Positions 13,064 to 24,797 of a stretch of 64,000 nt of DNA are shown piece by piece; position 1 is the first letter of the stretch; every line of letters starts with the position of its first letter. The position numbers and the translations under genes were made by a program. This DNA comes from Felis catus (lineage: Eukaryota), in assembly GCF_018350175.1 (NCBI RefSeq), contig NC_058368.1, forward strand, positions 145,082,001-145,146,000, given 5' to 3'. The notes beneath the pieces were generated by a model. The model had not been told where the DNA came from. It did not search any database and saw nothing but the letters and a program-made list of their open reading frames with translations.

Positions 13064-14030
13064 AAAACTGAACACTACAAGAACCCAATCAAATTCTAAA
13101 CTCTTTGTATTTCACTGTCTATCCCAGATCAATCTTGACAAAAATTTTCTTTATTAAGCATCTACTATGTGCCGAGCACTATGCTAAATGATTCTACTAG
13201 AGATGCCCCAACTGAAAAAGAACTTTTTGACTAGGCTAATCTCATAATCTCTTATATTTTAGTCATATCAAAACAAGCCCTCCAAAATACAATAGTACTA
13301 AAGCATTAGACATCTTTAATTCTAAAGATATCTAAGACTAATAAGGTATACATTGAAAGAAATCAACATAATTTTTTAATAATAAAAGGTTTCATAAAAT
13401 AATAATAAAAATAATATAAGATTTTATAATATTTAGAAGAGGAAAAACTATAGATAGATTCTTCCTGCTACTCAATGTTACTCATATACAGGGCTTTCAT
13501 GCAAAGCAATGAAAGTTCCAAAATAGGAATCTGAAAATACAAAGTATATGAAACACAATGCCAATAAGTTCTGAACAAATGCAGGAATGCTATTTTTTTT
13601 TAACTGAGCTTATTACTTTATTCTTCTTTTTTTAAAATTATTACTTTATTCTTTCATCCAGTCTTTTGAGCATGAGCTCTCAGGTGTTCAGTCCCAGTAG
13701 TAAGTATCCCTTATGTCACCTGACCCAAATACCTACTCAAGGTGGGTCACTACATTTTTCTGTCATTTTATTATACGAGGATAGATCATTATTTTTTGTC
13801 TCTTTCAATTACATCCCCTTAAAGAGCTACAAGCTATCTTCATAGGCTTTAGCCAACTAAAAGCTACCTGTGACCCACTCCAAGCTGTCATTTACATCTC
13901 ATATTGAACTACTAACGAATGTTGCTTTCTTGTGCTATGGCTAAAGCTTAATGTACTCAGGCTCCAATAACTGGGAATGAGATATTTATATACAGTCCCT
14001 ACTATTTACTATAACAGACAAGCTGATTAT

Positions 14031-14227
14031 TTTTTAAAAAATAATTTTTAAAGTTTATTTTTATTTATTTTGAGAGAGAGAGAGCAAACAGGCAAGGGAC
14101 AGAGAGGGAGACAGGATCCCAAGCAGGCTCAGTGCTGTCAGCACAGAGCCGGATACAGCCCTGGTATCATGACCTGAGCTGAAATCAAGAGTTGGATGCT
14201 TAACCAACTGAGCCACCCAGGCACCCC
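14031..14227 (-). mobile_element. SINEC
   Basis: Antisense SINEC ending GAGCCACCCAGGCACCCC. Confidence 0.9.
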
Positions 14228-14744
14228 AAGATGGTCATTTTAATAAGAGATTTGGGGGGCTTTCTTCCCCCTTTTATTCCCCAAATTTCTTATCCAGTAT
14301 TCTTTGTGCGGTGGCTACTTTATTAAAGTGGTTCAATATTTGATTAAGGATTAAATGGTAAAGCAGTATGCCCATTAAATTATAAAAACCTTCACTGTTT
14401 ACATAGATTTTTTAAATTAATTAAATAACATAATGGAAGTTTAAAAACTAGATTTCAAAGTGAGCTTTGAGAACATACAAGTTATTTTGATGATATTAAG
14501 CCATGACAAAATATATGCACCGGTAATGATAGAATATATGTATAGTGCCAGTAACCAAGGGAGATTCCCAAAGCTCAGGCATCCTGAGCCATAATCTTCA
14601 GTGTCCATCATATGAACACACAAAACTTGGCAATGATATAGTGATTCCCTGTGACAGGAAAGCACATCAGGTTATCTAAGGTCCAGAGGGAATATTTCAC
14701 CATATGTATTTCCAGAAAAAGAAGTCAAGACGATTTATTTTTAT

Positions 14745-14956
14745 TTTTATTATTTTTTAAGTTTTTATTTATTTATTTTGAGAGAGAGAGAGAGATCAAG
14801 GAGGGGCAGAGAGAAAGGAAGAGAGAGAATCCCAAATAGGCTCTACACTGCCGGCATGGAGCCAGACACAGGGCTCGATCCCACAGATGGTGAGATCATG
14901 ACCTGAGTCAAAATCAAGAGTCGGATGCTTAACTGCCTGAGCCACACTGGTGCCCC
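14745..14956 (-). mobile_element. SINEC
   Basis: Antisense SINEC; degenerate TSD AAGACGATTTATTTT / AAGATGATTATTTT. Confidence 0.9.
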
Positions 14957-15140
14957 AAGATGATTATTTTAAAATTAAATTGTTTCAATTCAATTCCTCT
15001 TTCACTTAATTGTCAAATACTGAGTCTGAGCCTTGTGTTTATTTTCCCAGTAATGGAAAACTGGATTTCTCTTAAAGGAAACAACCTAAAAAGGACCCTA
15101 ATAACGTCATCTCATTTCAGATTATCTTTCAGTTTATTTT

Positions 15141-15358
15141 ATTTTATTAATTTTTTTAACGTTTATTTATTTTTGAGACAGAGACAGAGCATGAGTGGGG
15201 GAGGGGCAGAGAGAGAGAGGGAGACACAGAATCTGAAGCAGGCTCCAGGCTCTGAGCTGTCAGCACAGAGCCCGATGCGGAGCTCGAACTCACGAACCGT
15301 GAGATCATGACCTGAGCTGAAGTCGGACGCTTAACCGACCAAGCCACCCAGGTGCCCC
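15141..15358 (-). mobile_element. SINEC (felid), older member of a tandem pair
   Basis: Flanked by TCTTTCAGTTTATTT. Confidence 0.95.
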
Positions 15359-15374
15359 CTCTTTCAGTTTATTT

Positions 15375-15592
15375 AAAAAAATTTTTTTCAACGTTTTTAT
15401 TTATTTTTGGGACAGAGAGAGACAGAGCATGAATGAGGGAGGGGCAGAGAGAGAGGGAGACACAGAATCGGAAACAGGCTCCAGGCTCTGAGCCATCAGC
15501 CCAGAGCCTGACGCGGGGCTCGAACTCACGGACCGCGAGATTGTGACCTGGCTGAAGTTGGACGCTTAACCGACTGCGCCACCCAGGCGCCC
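15375..15592 (-). mobile_element. Young felid SINEC, younger member of the tandem pair
   Basis: Flanked by CTCTTTCAGTTTATTT; young-type diagnostics. Confidence 0.95.
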
Positions 15593-16239
15593 CTCTTTCA
15601 GTTTATTTTAAATAAATTTTTATTTAATTCACAGATCCAGAATTTGGTTCAAATTTTGCCAGTACCCATTGACAAATTCTACATTGTGTTTCTTTATTAT
15701 ATTTTATTACATATTACTGTGTAATAAATGTACCGTGGTAGAGCTGAAAATATTTGCTACCTAAAATGAATAAATGCCAGTAGTACTGGCTATGGAGCTT
15801 TCCTGTTGCTTTAGTTCCTTCAACATTCACACAGAAAACTGAGAGCAGAGGCAGGAAGTGAACACCCAAGCCAAGCCAAAAGCCAGGCAATCTGAGCCAT
15901 GTGGAATGGTCACATGACCACTACTGTCACAAAGTAGCGCTGGTATTTGTGTTACCTAAGCAATGAGGTAGAGGGCTGGGGATTCTCCTCCATAGTAATC
16001 TGGTGCTCTTAGTTTTCCTTTCTGAATCCTTCCACTGTGGTTTACAATTAAGGACGGCATGATTACAATGTGTGAAAAGTATGTTAGGCTTTCACTATCT
16101 CTATTTCACTGACTCCTGGGAAAACTATAATCTTACATATGCTTTCCTAGTTACCTATAGGTCTTATGAAATGCCATCACCAGCTTACCACCGTCTATTC
16201 AGCTTTACTACTTTCATTACATTAAAAAACCACTGTTCT

Positions 16240-16463
16240 GGGGCGCCTGGGTGGCGCAGTTGGTTAAGCGTCCGACTTCAGCCAGGTCACGATCTCGCGG
16301 TCCGTGAGTTCGAGCCCCGCGTCAGGCTCTGGGTTGATGGCTCAGAGCCTGGAGCCTGTTTCCGATTCTGTGCCTCCCTCTCTCTCTGCCCCTCCCCCGT
16401 TCATGCTCTGTCTCTCTCTGTCTGAAAAATAAATAAACGTTAAAAAAAATATTTAAAAAAAAA
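16240..16463 (+). mobile_element. Young felid SINEC
   Basis: TSD TAAAAAACCACTGTTCT at 16223-16239 / 16464-16480. Confidence 0.96.
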
Positions 16464-16634
16464 TAAAAAACCACTGTTCTTCAGATTTTGTAAGTATACA
16501 CACATACACACACGCAATTTAGCATTTTAAATACACTCCATCTTTTAGAAATTTTGGGCTAAATTTGGATGAGTTTCTTTACTGTTGCACCACTCAAAAC
16601 CTTTAACATGCTCATCTATATTAAAAATTTCTAT

Positions 16635-16851
16635 GGGGCGCCTGGGTGACACAGTCGGTTAGGCGTCCGACTTCAGCCAGGTCACGATCTCGCGGTCCGT
16701 GAGTTCGAGCCCCGCGTCGGGCTCTGGGCTGATGGCTCAGAGCCTGGAGCCTGTTTCCGATTCTGTGTCTCCCTCTCTCTCTGCCCCTCCCCCGTTCATG
16801 CTCTGTCTCTCTCTGTCCCAAGGATAAATAAACGTTAAAAAAAAAAAAAAA
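16635..16851 (+). mobile_element. Young felid SINEC
   Basis: TSD ATTAAAAATTTCT. Confidence 0.95.
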
Positions 16852-17319
16852 ATTAAAAATTTCTTGGCATAAATATAATATGCCACATTTCTAAATCTGT
16901 TCAGTTAGAGACCTTTTTAATGGAACACTATCACAGCATACACCTTGGAAAACTCTTATCCAAACTATTCAAAACATTATAATTCTAACTTATAAAACAA
17001 ATATGCATATCTATATAATATGTATATAAATATGGATAAAAACAAATCTGATTAATTTATTCACTCACCCATTTATGTGCCCATCCCACCAGCCAGCCAA
17101 CAGAAATCAGGTATATAGAGTGATTATATTTGTGAACAGTTCTGTATTTGGTGCTAGAGGAGATAAAGAAATCTGGAAATATGTTTAACACATTTCCTAT
17201 TACTTTCTTACTATTCTCCTTATAAAATATTTGAGTTAAAAACGCCACTAAATTAAAATTCTTAAAGAATCTGTTAGTAGAAAACATATCTGGCCCCCGT
17301 TAAGAAATTATAAGTGGTA

Positions 17320-18722
17320 TGGCACAAAAACAGACACACAGACCAATGGAATAGAATAGAAACCCCAGAACTAGAACCACAAACGTATGGCCAACTCATC
17401 TTTGACAAAGCAGGAAAGAACATCCAATGGAAAAAAGACAGCCTCTTTAACAAATGGTGCTGGGAGAACTGGACAGCAACATGCAGAAGGTTGAAACTAG
17501 ACCACTTTCTCACACCATTCACAAAAATAAACTCAAAATGGATAAAGGACCTAAATGTGAGACAGGAAACCATCAAAACCTTAGAGGAGAAAGCAGGAAA
17601 AGACCTCTCTGACCTCAGCCGTAGCAATCTCTTACTCGACACATCCCCAAAGGCAAGGGAATTAAAAGCAAAAGTGAATTACTGGGACCTTATGAAGATA
17701 AAAAGCTTCTGCACAGCAAAGGAAACAACCAACAAAACTAAAAGGCAACCAACGGAATAGGAAAAGATATTCGCAAATGACATATCGGACAAAGGGCTAG
17801 TATCCAAAATCTATAAAGAGCTCACCAAACTCCACACCCGAAAAACAAATAACCCAGTGAAGAAATGGGCGGAAAACATGAATAGACACTTCTCTAAAGA
17901 AGACATACGGATGGCCAACAGGCACATGAAAAGATGTTCAGCGTCGCTCCTTATCAGGGAAATACAAATCAAAACCACACTCAGGTATCACCTCACACCA
18001 GTCAGAGTAGCCAAAATGAACACATCAGGAGACTATAGATGCTGGAGAGGATGTGGAGAAACGGGAACCCTCTTGCACTGTTGGTGGGAATGCAAATTGG
18101 TGCAGCTGCTCTGGAAAGCAGTGTGGAGGTTCCTCAGAAAATTAAAAATAGACCTACCCTATGACCCAGCAATAGCACTGCTAGGAATTTATCCAAGGGA
18201 TACAGGAGTACTGATGCATAGGGCCACTTGTACCCCAATGTTCATAGCAGCACTCTCAACAATAGCCAAATTATGGAAAGAGCCTAAATGTCCGTCAACT
18301 GATGAATGGATAAAGAAATTGTGGTTTATATACACAATGGAGTACTACGTGGCAATGAGAAAAAATGAAATATGGCCTTTTGTAGCAACGTGGATGGAAC
18401 TGGAGAGTGTGATGCTAAGTGAAATAAGCCATATAGAGAAAGACAGATACCATATGGTTTCACTCTTATGTGGATCCTGTGAAACTTAACAGGAACCCAT
18501 GGGGGAGGGGAAGGAAAAAAAAAAAAAAAAAGAGGTTAGAGTGGGAGAGAGCCAAAGCATAAGAGACTCTTAAAAACTGAGAACAAACTGAGGGTTGATG
18601 GGGGGTGGGAGGGAGGAGAGGGTGGGTGATGGGTATTGAGGAGGGCACCTTTTGGGATGAGCACTGGGTGTTGTATGGAAACCAATTTGTCAATAAATTT
18701 CATATATATAAAAATAAAAAAA
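17320..18722 (+). mobile_element. Young 5'-truncated felid LINE-1 (~1.4 kb, ORF2 C-terminus + 3'UTR + A-tail)
   Basis: Two same-frame ORFs (17314-17760 and 17857-18489) encode the ORF2 C-terminus, including the [18 protein letters not shown] zinc knuckle, split by a single TAG at 17758-17760. Perfect 18-bp TSD AAGAAATTATAAGTGGTA at 17302-17319 and 18723-18740, at a TT/AAGA site. Confidence 0.96.
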
Positions 18723-20638
18723 AAGAAATTATAAGTGGTAAACCAAGGAAACATTTATTCTACAAAAGCACTTTAATACTAAATTTCACCAATGTATTCA
18801 AATTATTTTTATTATATACAATTTTCCAAAAGCAACTGAATTAAAAAAATAACAACTGATCCTTTTCAGTCTAAAAATTAAATGGCATTTAAATATATAC
18901 TTTAGGATTTAAAAACTATAAACACATTAAGACCATTAAATGTACCCTAATTAGATTCAACTAATCAACAACTCTGCAAAACCAATTATGTAAAACCACT
19001 GCCTGTACTTCAGAATTTTTGTAAGTCAAGTTCTTCTTTCATTTCCTTCATCTTATTCCTGACTTCTATACTGCAAAACTATAGGGGAAATCTTTAAATT
19101 CTTTGACCATAAATGCTCCTAGTAAGTAAAACCTTAAAGTAGTAAGACATTGTAAATTGGACATGTTGGGAACCAAACATACCCGTGTTGAGTCTGTGCT
19201 GGAATTTAGAGACACACTGTCTTGTTTCGAGTCAGTATTATTTGCAGTTAGGGCCTCTACACCTTTGACGTAATCCCCTATCTTCTTCCCTTCATGTATG
19301 CATGGTCAACACAGCCTCCTGAAATCAGTTCAATCCCCAGTTCTGTGCAATTATTTTCAGATGACTCTACCCTACAGATATATACTCACCCACCTCAGAA
19401 TGCATAGCTCACAGTCCACATCACTCACAGCATGTATTAATATTATACCTCATATTATTACTTTATACTACTGTTTAACTTTTTACATATCACAGCTTTC
19501 CATCTGTCTATACTGTAATCTTTCTGAAGGCAAGGAATAATACTTTCCTTCTTTGAAAGCTGCACTAACCTTCAACAGAGTAAGCACTCAAATTATTTCA
19601 CAGAATAATCAAGTTTCACAGCTGAATCTGCAAATCTCTCATTGTGAATAAAAGAGAAAGCCTACAAAGGTGAAAACACTTACACAAGGTTATTCAGTTG
19701 GGAACTGAATCAGGCAAGAATCCAAGTGCAGGAATCTAACCTAGTATTCTTTGTTTTAGCCCATGTTAAAAGAAAGAAATTGTGCTAAAATATATTTGAT
19801 CACTCTCCAGTTTGGGTAAGTACAAAAAGCTAATCTGTGTGTATAACCAAGAACCTTGCATTGCCTAAAAATTAACATTTACTTCATTATTAATCCTTGG
19901 CCCATCCTGAAAATGTCAGTAATGATGATTACAAATATTATATTACACATAATATATAAGTGATTTGGTTAAATGTCTACTGACCCAAAACAGCCTTTAT
20001 TTTGTGTAACTTACTTCTTCCTTTTTAAAGCATGATGGGGGGGGGCGGGGGTGGTACTCAAACTAAACAGCCAGTTACCCAAGTTCTAGTTAATAAGAAT
20101 TTATCTAAATAACTGTAAAGAGTTCCTTGACTCCCTCTGAATCTTACTGTTCAAGAAGTCTTCTCACCATTTGTTTATGGAATAATCTTAGGGGTAAAAA
20201 AAGGCTAGCTACTTAATAGTTTGATTAACCTAAACTTTCCTTCAGAGACTCTTCTATCACCTGCCTAAGTTCTCCAGGGAAGTGTGGCCATTTATAAGCA
20301 CAGGAGAACAGCTGTAGCATGAGGTGACAGATAGATTAACTTTAAGAGATTAGCCCCAAGAGAAGTGCTCAGCTCTCAGTTAACTTTGTGTATTCCAACA
20401 TAAGACAATACCAGGGAAATAAAATTATCAATATGGGTATTTCCACAAACCAATCATTAGATAATTCTATGGCTCTAAGAAGCACAACAGGGATGATTCT
20501 GTCAAAAATGCCTTCCTGGGTATTAAATTAATTTAATCTGAGAGGTAACAGAATAGTGAGGATCAAATGAGAGTTTCTATTCAGTTACTGGAAACAAAGT
20601 CCATATCTCCAGTCATAGTTCTTTTACCAAAAGGTAAA

Positions 20639-21021
20639 TGTTTGGGTTAAATAGTACCCCCCCCCCATAAAGATATGTTGAAATCCTAGCCCCAGTATCT
20701 CAGAATGTGACTTTATTTGAAAACAAGTTTGTTGCAGATATAATTTGTTACAATGAGGGCCCCCAATCCAATATGACTGGTGTCCTTACAAAAAGAGGAA
20801 ATCTAGACAGGCACATGTAGAAGGAAGATGATGTGAAGAAATACAGGTAGAAGTCAAAAAGAGAGGCCTGAACAGATCCTTCCCTCACAGCCCTCAGAAG
20901 GAACATACCTTACCAACACTACGAGTTCAAACTCTAGCCTCCAGAATTATGAAAACAAAAAGTTTCTTATAGCCACCCACTTTGTGGTACTTTGTTACAG
21001 CAGCCCAAGCAAACTAATACA
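20639..21021 (+). mobile_element. MaLR solo LTR (MLT1B-like)
   Basis: TG start, CTCAGAATGTGACTTTATTTGAAA, TCCAATATGACTGGTGTCCTTA, CCCTCACAGCCCTCAGAAGGAAC, and TTTGTTACAGCAGCCCAAGCAAACTAATACA end. Confidence 0.85.
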
Positions 21022-21044
21022 ATAAGCAACAAGAAATAATTTTA

Positions 21045-21257
21045 GGGGTGCCTGGGTGGCTCATTCAGTTAAGCCTCTGACTTCAACTCAGGTCATGATC
21101 TCATGGTTCGTGACTTCAAGCCTCACATTGGGCTCTGTGCTGTCAGGGCAGAGCCCCCTTCAGATCCTCTGTCCCCCTCTCTCCCTGGCCCTCTCCTGCT
21201 CATGCACGCAAGAACTCTCTCTCAAAAATAAATAAACTTTTTTTTATTTAAAAAAAA
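21045..21257 (+). mobile_element. SINEC
   Basis: TSD AAATAATTTTA. Confidence 0.9.
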
Positions 21258-21285
21258 TAAATAATTTTAAAAGTGTCTATAAAGT

Positions 21286-21490
21286 GGGGTGCCTGGGTGG
21301 CTCAGTTGGTTAAGCGTCCGACTCTTGATTTCGGCTCAGGTCACGATCTCATGGTTTGTGACTCTGAGCCCCGTGTCAGGTTCTGCACTGACATCCAGGT
21401 GCCTGCTTGGGATTCTCTCTCTCCCCCTCTCTTTCTGCCCTTCCCCCACTTGTGCTCTCTCTCTCTCTCTCAAAATAAATAAACTTTAAA
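21286..21490 (+). mobile_element. SINEC
   Basis: TSD AAAAGTGTCTATA / AAAAGTATCTATA. Confidence 0.92.
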
Positions 21491-21514
21491 AAAAGTATCT
21501 ATAGTGTAATTGCA

Positions 21515-21700
21515 AAATAGCACTGAACTAGAAATCCAAAAGTCTCAGAACCTAGGTTTTAAATTTGTAAGCTTTGGCATAAATCTCTGCCTCCATTTTC
21601 TCATCTCTACCTCTTTCAGGTTGCTGCGAGGATAAGACTTAATAATGTGTGTGAATGTGCTTGGAAAAGTACAAAGTACTAAACAAATAGAGGATGTTAT
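21515..21700 (+). mobile_element. MIR SINE
   Basis: TCTCTGCCTCCATTTTCTCATCT...ATAATGTGTGTGAATGTGCTTGGAAAAGT. Confidence 0.55.
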
Positions 21701-22344
21701 CATCCAACATTTAAAATTTACTCAACACACTAAGCTTTTAGGTGAGAAAAGCAGCAAAATTACAAAGTATGTATGTGATCCCCACATTTTTTCCCTCAGA
21801 AATGAGAAAATAATGACTTCAGATGTTTAATCAAAAACTATGTCAAATGCACAGTACAAGTTAAAGCGCATCCTGGTCAACAATTCTTTATTTGTTAATT
21901 TTCAAACCTGCAACCCCCCCCCAAAAAACAAACAAACAACACCCAGAAACATTCGCAGCTCACAAAACGATTCGTTCAACTAACACTTATTTAGTATTTA
22001 CTATATTCCTGAAACCGGATTAAATCTTCAAGATACAGAACTCAAACAAACAGGTTCTAATTTCAAGGAGTTCCCTCTATAACAAAGGAAATAGGAAGTG
22101 ATTACATAAAGATCCATATGAGCTATGACAAGTACATAGTACAACAGAACAGAAACATATTTTAGTGCCTACATTTGAATAGGATGTTTAATTTTCTGAA
22201 TTTGACCATGCTTTAGACAACATATATAACAACACCTTAATGAACTGAAGTTGTTCAATTTTCCTGCTTAGCTCTTTGCTGATCTTTGCTTCCTGTTAGA
22301 GACAGAGAACATCATCTCTCAGATTTTTTTAAAGCAGCCTTATA

Positions 22345-22513
22345 GGCACCTGGGTGGCTCAGTTGATTAAGCTCGGACTCTTGATATCAGCTCAGGTCAT
22401 GATCACACACTGAGCATGGAGCCTGCCTGGGATTCTCTTTCTCCCTCTGCCCCTCCCTCACTCACTGGCTCTCACAGTCTCTCTATCAAAATAAATAAAC
22501 TTAAAAAATAAAT
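22345..22513 (+). mobile_element. SINEC (internally deleted)
   Basis: TSD AAAGCAGCCTTA / AAAGCAGGCTTA. Confidence 0.88.
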
Positions 22514-24020
22514 AAAGCAGGCTTAAATAAAAACTGTTTTTCTTTAAATGTGCCTCATTTGTGTAATTCTCTTGTGTTGAGGAAGAGGATTATAGTTAGA
22601 CCTCACTAACCAGATATTTATTTTCTTAAGAGAAAAGCAAAAAATTAATGTTTCAACTCTTACTGAAAATCCTTCTAAAATCCTTCTCTAGTTTGCATAT
22701 ATGGATAGTGTATCCCAATTAAAGCTGTCTTCGATGGCAAAAGATTTTTCAAGTCTATAGGAGTCAACTGAATATCAGTGATCTGGGCATGGTTCTGCAA
22801 CCCTAAATACGAAAGACCAGTATATTGGGCTGATCTTTAGCCCCAGGTGAAGGACAGCTAGGAAAGGTTAGGGCTAAAAGTCAATTTCAAGTCAATTAAA
22901 TCTACTAAGAAAAAAAAAAAAAAAACTTTTCTTGTAAATAGTTTTGTTTTTGTTTTTGTTTTTGTTTTTTTAAGGAAAAATATGTGAGATAACTGATCCA
23001 TTGTGAATCTAAGTTAAAGAATGACAATGAATAGTTTGGTCTAAGAGCCAAGCTATACCAGAGTGTAAACAAGCCCAAGCATGAAATAGTGAAAGGACTC
23101 AAAAAGTCTTTATCACCCTCTTTGTTTACTTATGTCAGTAAGAACTTGAAAGTTATATTTGCAAAGGCTAAAATACAAAGCAGATAATCTCTCCATGGAT
23201 AATTGAGTTGACACTATTAGGATCTAGAAGTTGCAAAGGGAACAGAAGTAATGGCCCCTATTTTCTGGAAGTTTAAAATTCAATGAGAAAAGAACAAGTA
23301 AAATACATAAATTGAAACAGAAGCAATTACATAATCAACTATTGCTATGTGGGTAATTCTCTTCCCATTTTTTCTCTTGATCTCTTTACCTTTCTTTTCC
23401 ATACACCCCGTTCCCCTTTCCTGCTTTCTCTTTTATAGTGTAGTTAAGGAAATACCTTTTAAACACATAGTCTCCTTCATTTTCTTCACCACTGCATGCA
23501 GTTACTATCAATTCTTTAATAATATCTTAATCAGAACTCATATCATCAAATTTTAATCTAGCTCATGTCATACAAAATACAGACATATGAAAATGTAATA
23601 AAGAAGGAAAAGAGAAACCCTAGAAATCTACCATATTATGCCTAATTTGATCTCCAAAAATTAAGCAATTCAATGATAAATGTAGAAAGGAAAAAATATA
23701 TATATACAAAATCACCTGTGATCTCCACAAATTTAACGTAGGTATTTTTTCCTGAAAATTTAAAACCATGGTTATTTTCTCATATTAAACAGTTTCTTTA
23801 TAAACCTTTCTTTCCAAAAGTAAAAAAAAAAAAATGCAAAAAATAATCAAATGAAAAGAAATATATGAAAGCCATCATAACCAGATGTAAAACACTTAAG
23901 AGACTTATTCTTTTGTATATGTTAGGAGTCAGTTTGGGTAGTTTTCACTCAATTCAGAATTTTAATTTAAAAAATTAAAAATTCATCAAGACAGGAAAAT
24001 ATGCAGACATAAATTCTTAC

Positions 24021-24117
24021 CAAGACTTTTTGGTTATGCCTTTAATTTTACACTATTAATTCAAATATTCAACTAATAGCTGGTTCTTGCAGTGTCCTCA
24101 AATTCAGCAAACCTACT
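24021..24117 (-). other. Candidate non-coding (UTR-type) exon of a minus-strand host gene
   Basis: Acceptor TTTTTTCCCTTCTAATTTAATAG| and donor TTG|GTAAGA; stops in all three frames. Confidence 0.4.
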
Positions 24118-24222
24118 CTATTAAATTAGAAGGGAAAAAAATTCAAGAGAATTTAAAAAATCTATTAAAAGAATTCCAACTGAGAATACCCTGTTGATTT
24201 AAAAACAATGCAAAACAAAACA

Positions 24223-24362
24223 GGCACCCCAGCTGGCTCAGTCAGAAGAATAGAAGAGCGAAGATCATGCATCTCTTGATCTGTGGGGGAGGGTAGTGAG
24301 TTTGAGCCCCACTGAGTTCGAGCCCCACATTAAGTGTAGAGATTAAATAAATAAAACTTTAA
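24223..24362 (+). mobile_element. Short old-type SINEC with duplicated B-box segment
   Basis: TGAGTTTGAGCCCCAC-TGAGTTCGAGCCCCAC...GTGTAGAGATT. Confidence 0.75.
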
Positions 24363-24559
24363 AAAACAAGACAGACAAAACCCCCTTGATCCTACCTGCC
24401 ATGAATTGGTAAGATTATAAGATACAAAGGTAATTATGGCCCAACTATAATGGAATGTAAAAGGTAAATTAAGTAATGGAGGTGGGTAAATGAGGATTGT
24501 CTACTAGATAACCTGAGGGGAAAATGTGGCTGTCTCACAAAGGGAGTGCTTTTATTTTG

Positions 24560-24797
24560 GGTGTTTTTGTTTTGTTTTGTTTTGTTTTGTTTTGTGGTTA
24601 TTTATTTTTGAGAGAGATAGACAGAGCGTGAGTAGGGAAGGACAGAGAAAGAGTGACATAGGATCCAAAGCAGGCTCCAGACTCTGAGCTGTGAGCACAT
24701 AGCCCACTAGGGGGCTCAAACCCGCAAACTGTGAAACAGAAGATCAGGACCCCAGCAGAAATTGAAGCTTAACCTATTGGGCCACTCAGGTGCCCCA
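24560..24797 (-). mobile_element. SINEC
   Basis: TSD AAGGGAGTGCTTTT / AAGGCAGTGCTTTT. Confidence 0.88.

Noticed and set aside
15125..15608. CRISPR-like repeat-spacer pattern
   Set aside because: The repeats are retrotransposon TSDs and the intervening sequences are SINEs in mammalian DNA.
16240..16320. tRNA genes
   Set aside because: The A/B-box-like motifs are the tRNA-derived SINEC heads, followed by SINE body and A-tail.
16072..16425. Recurrent ORFs such as GAPGWRSRLSVRLQPGHDLAVREFEPRVRLW and MAQSVKRPTSAQVMISRF
   Set aside because: These are translations of SINEC copies, not a protein family.
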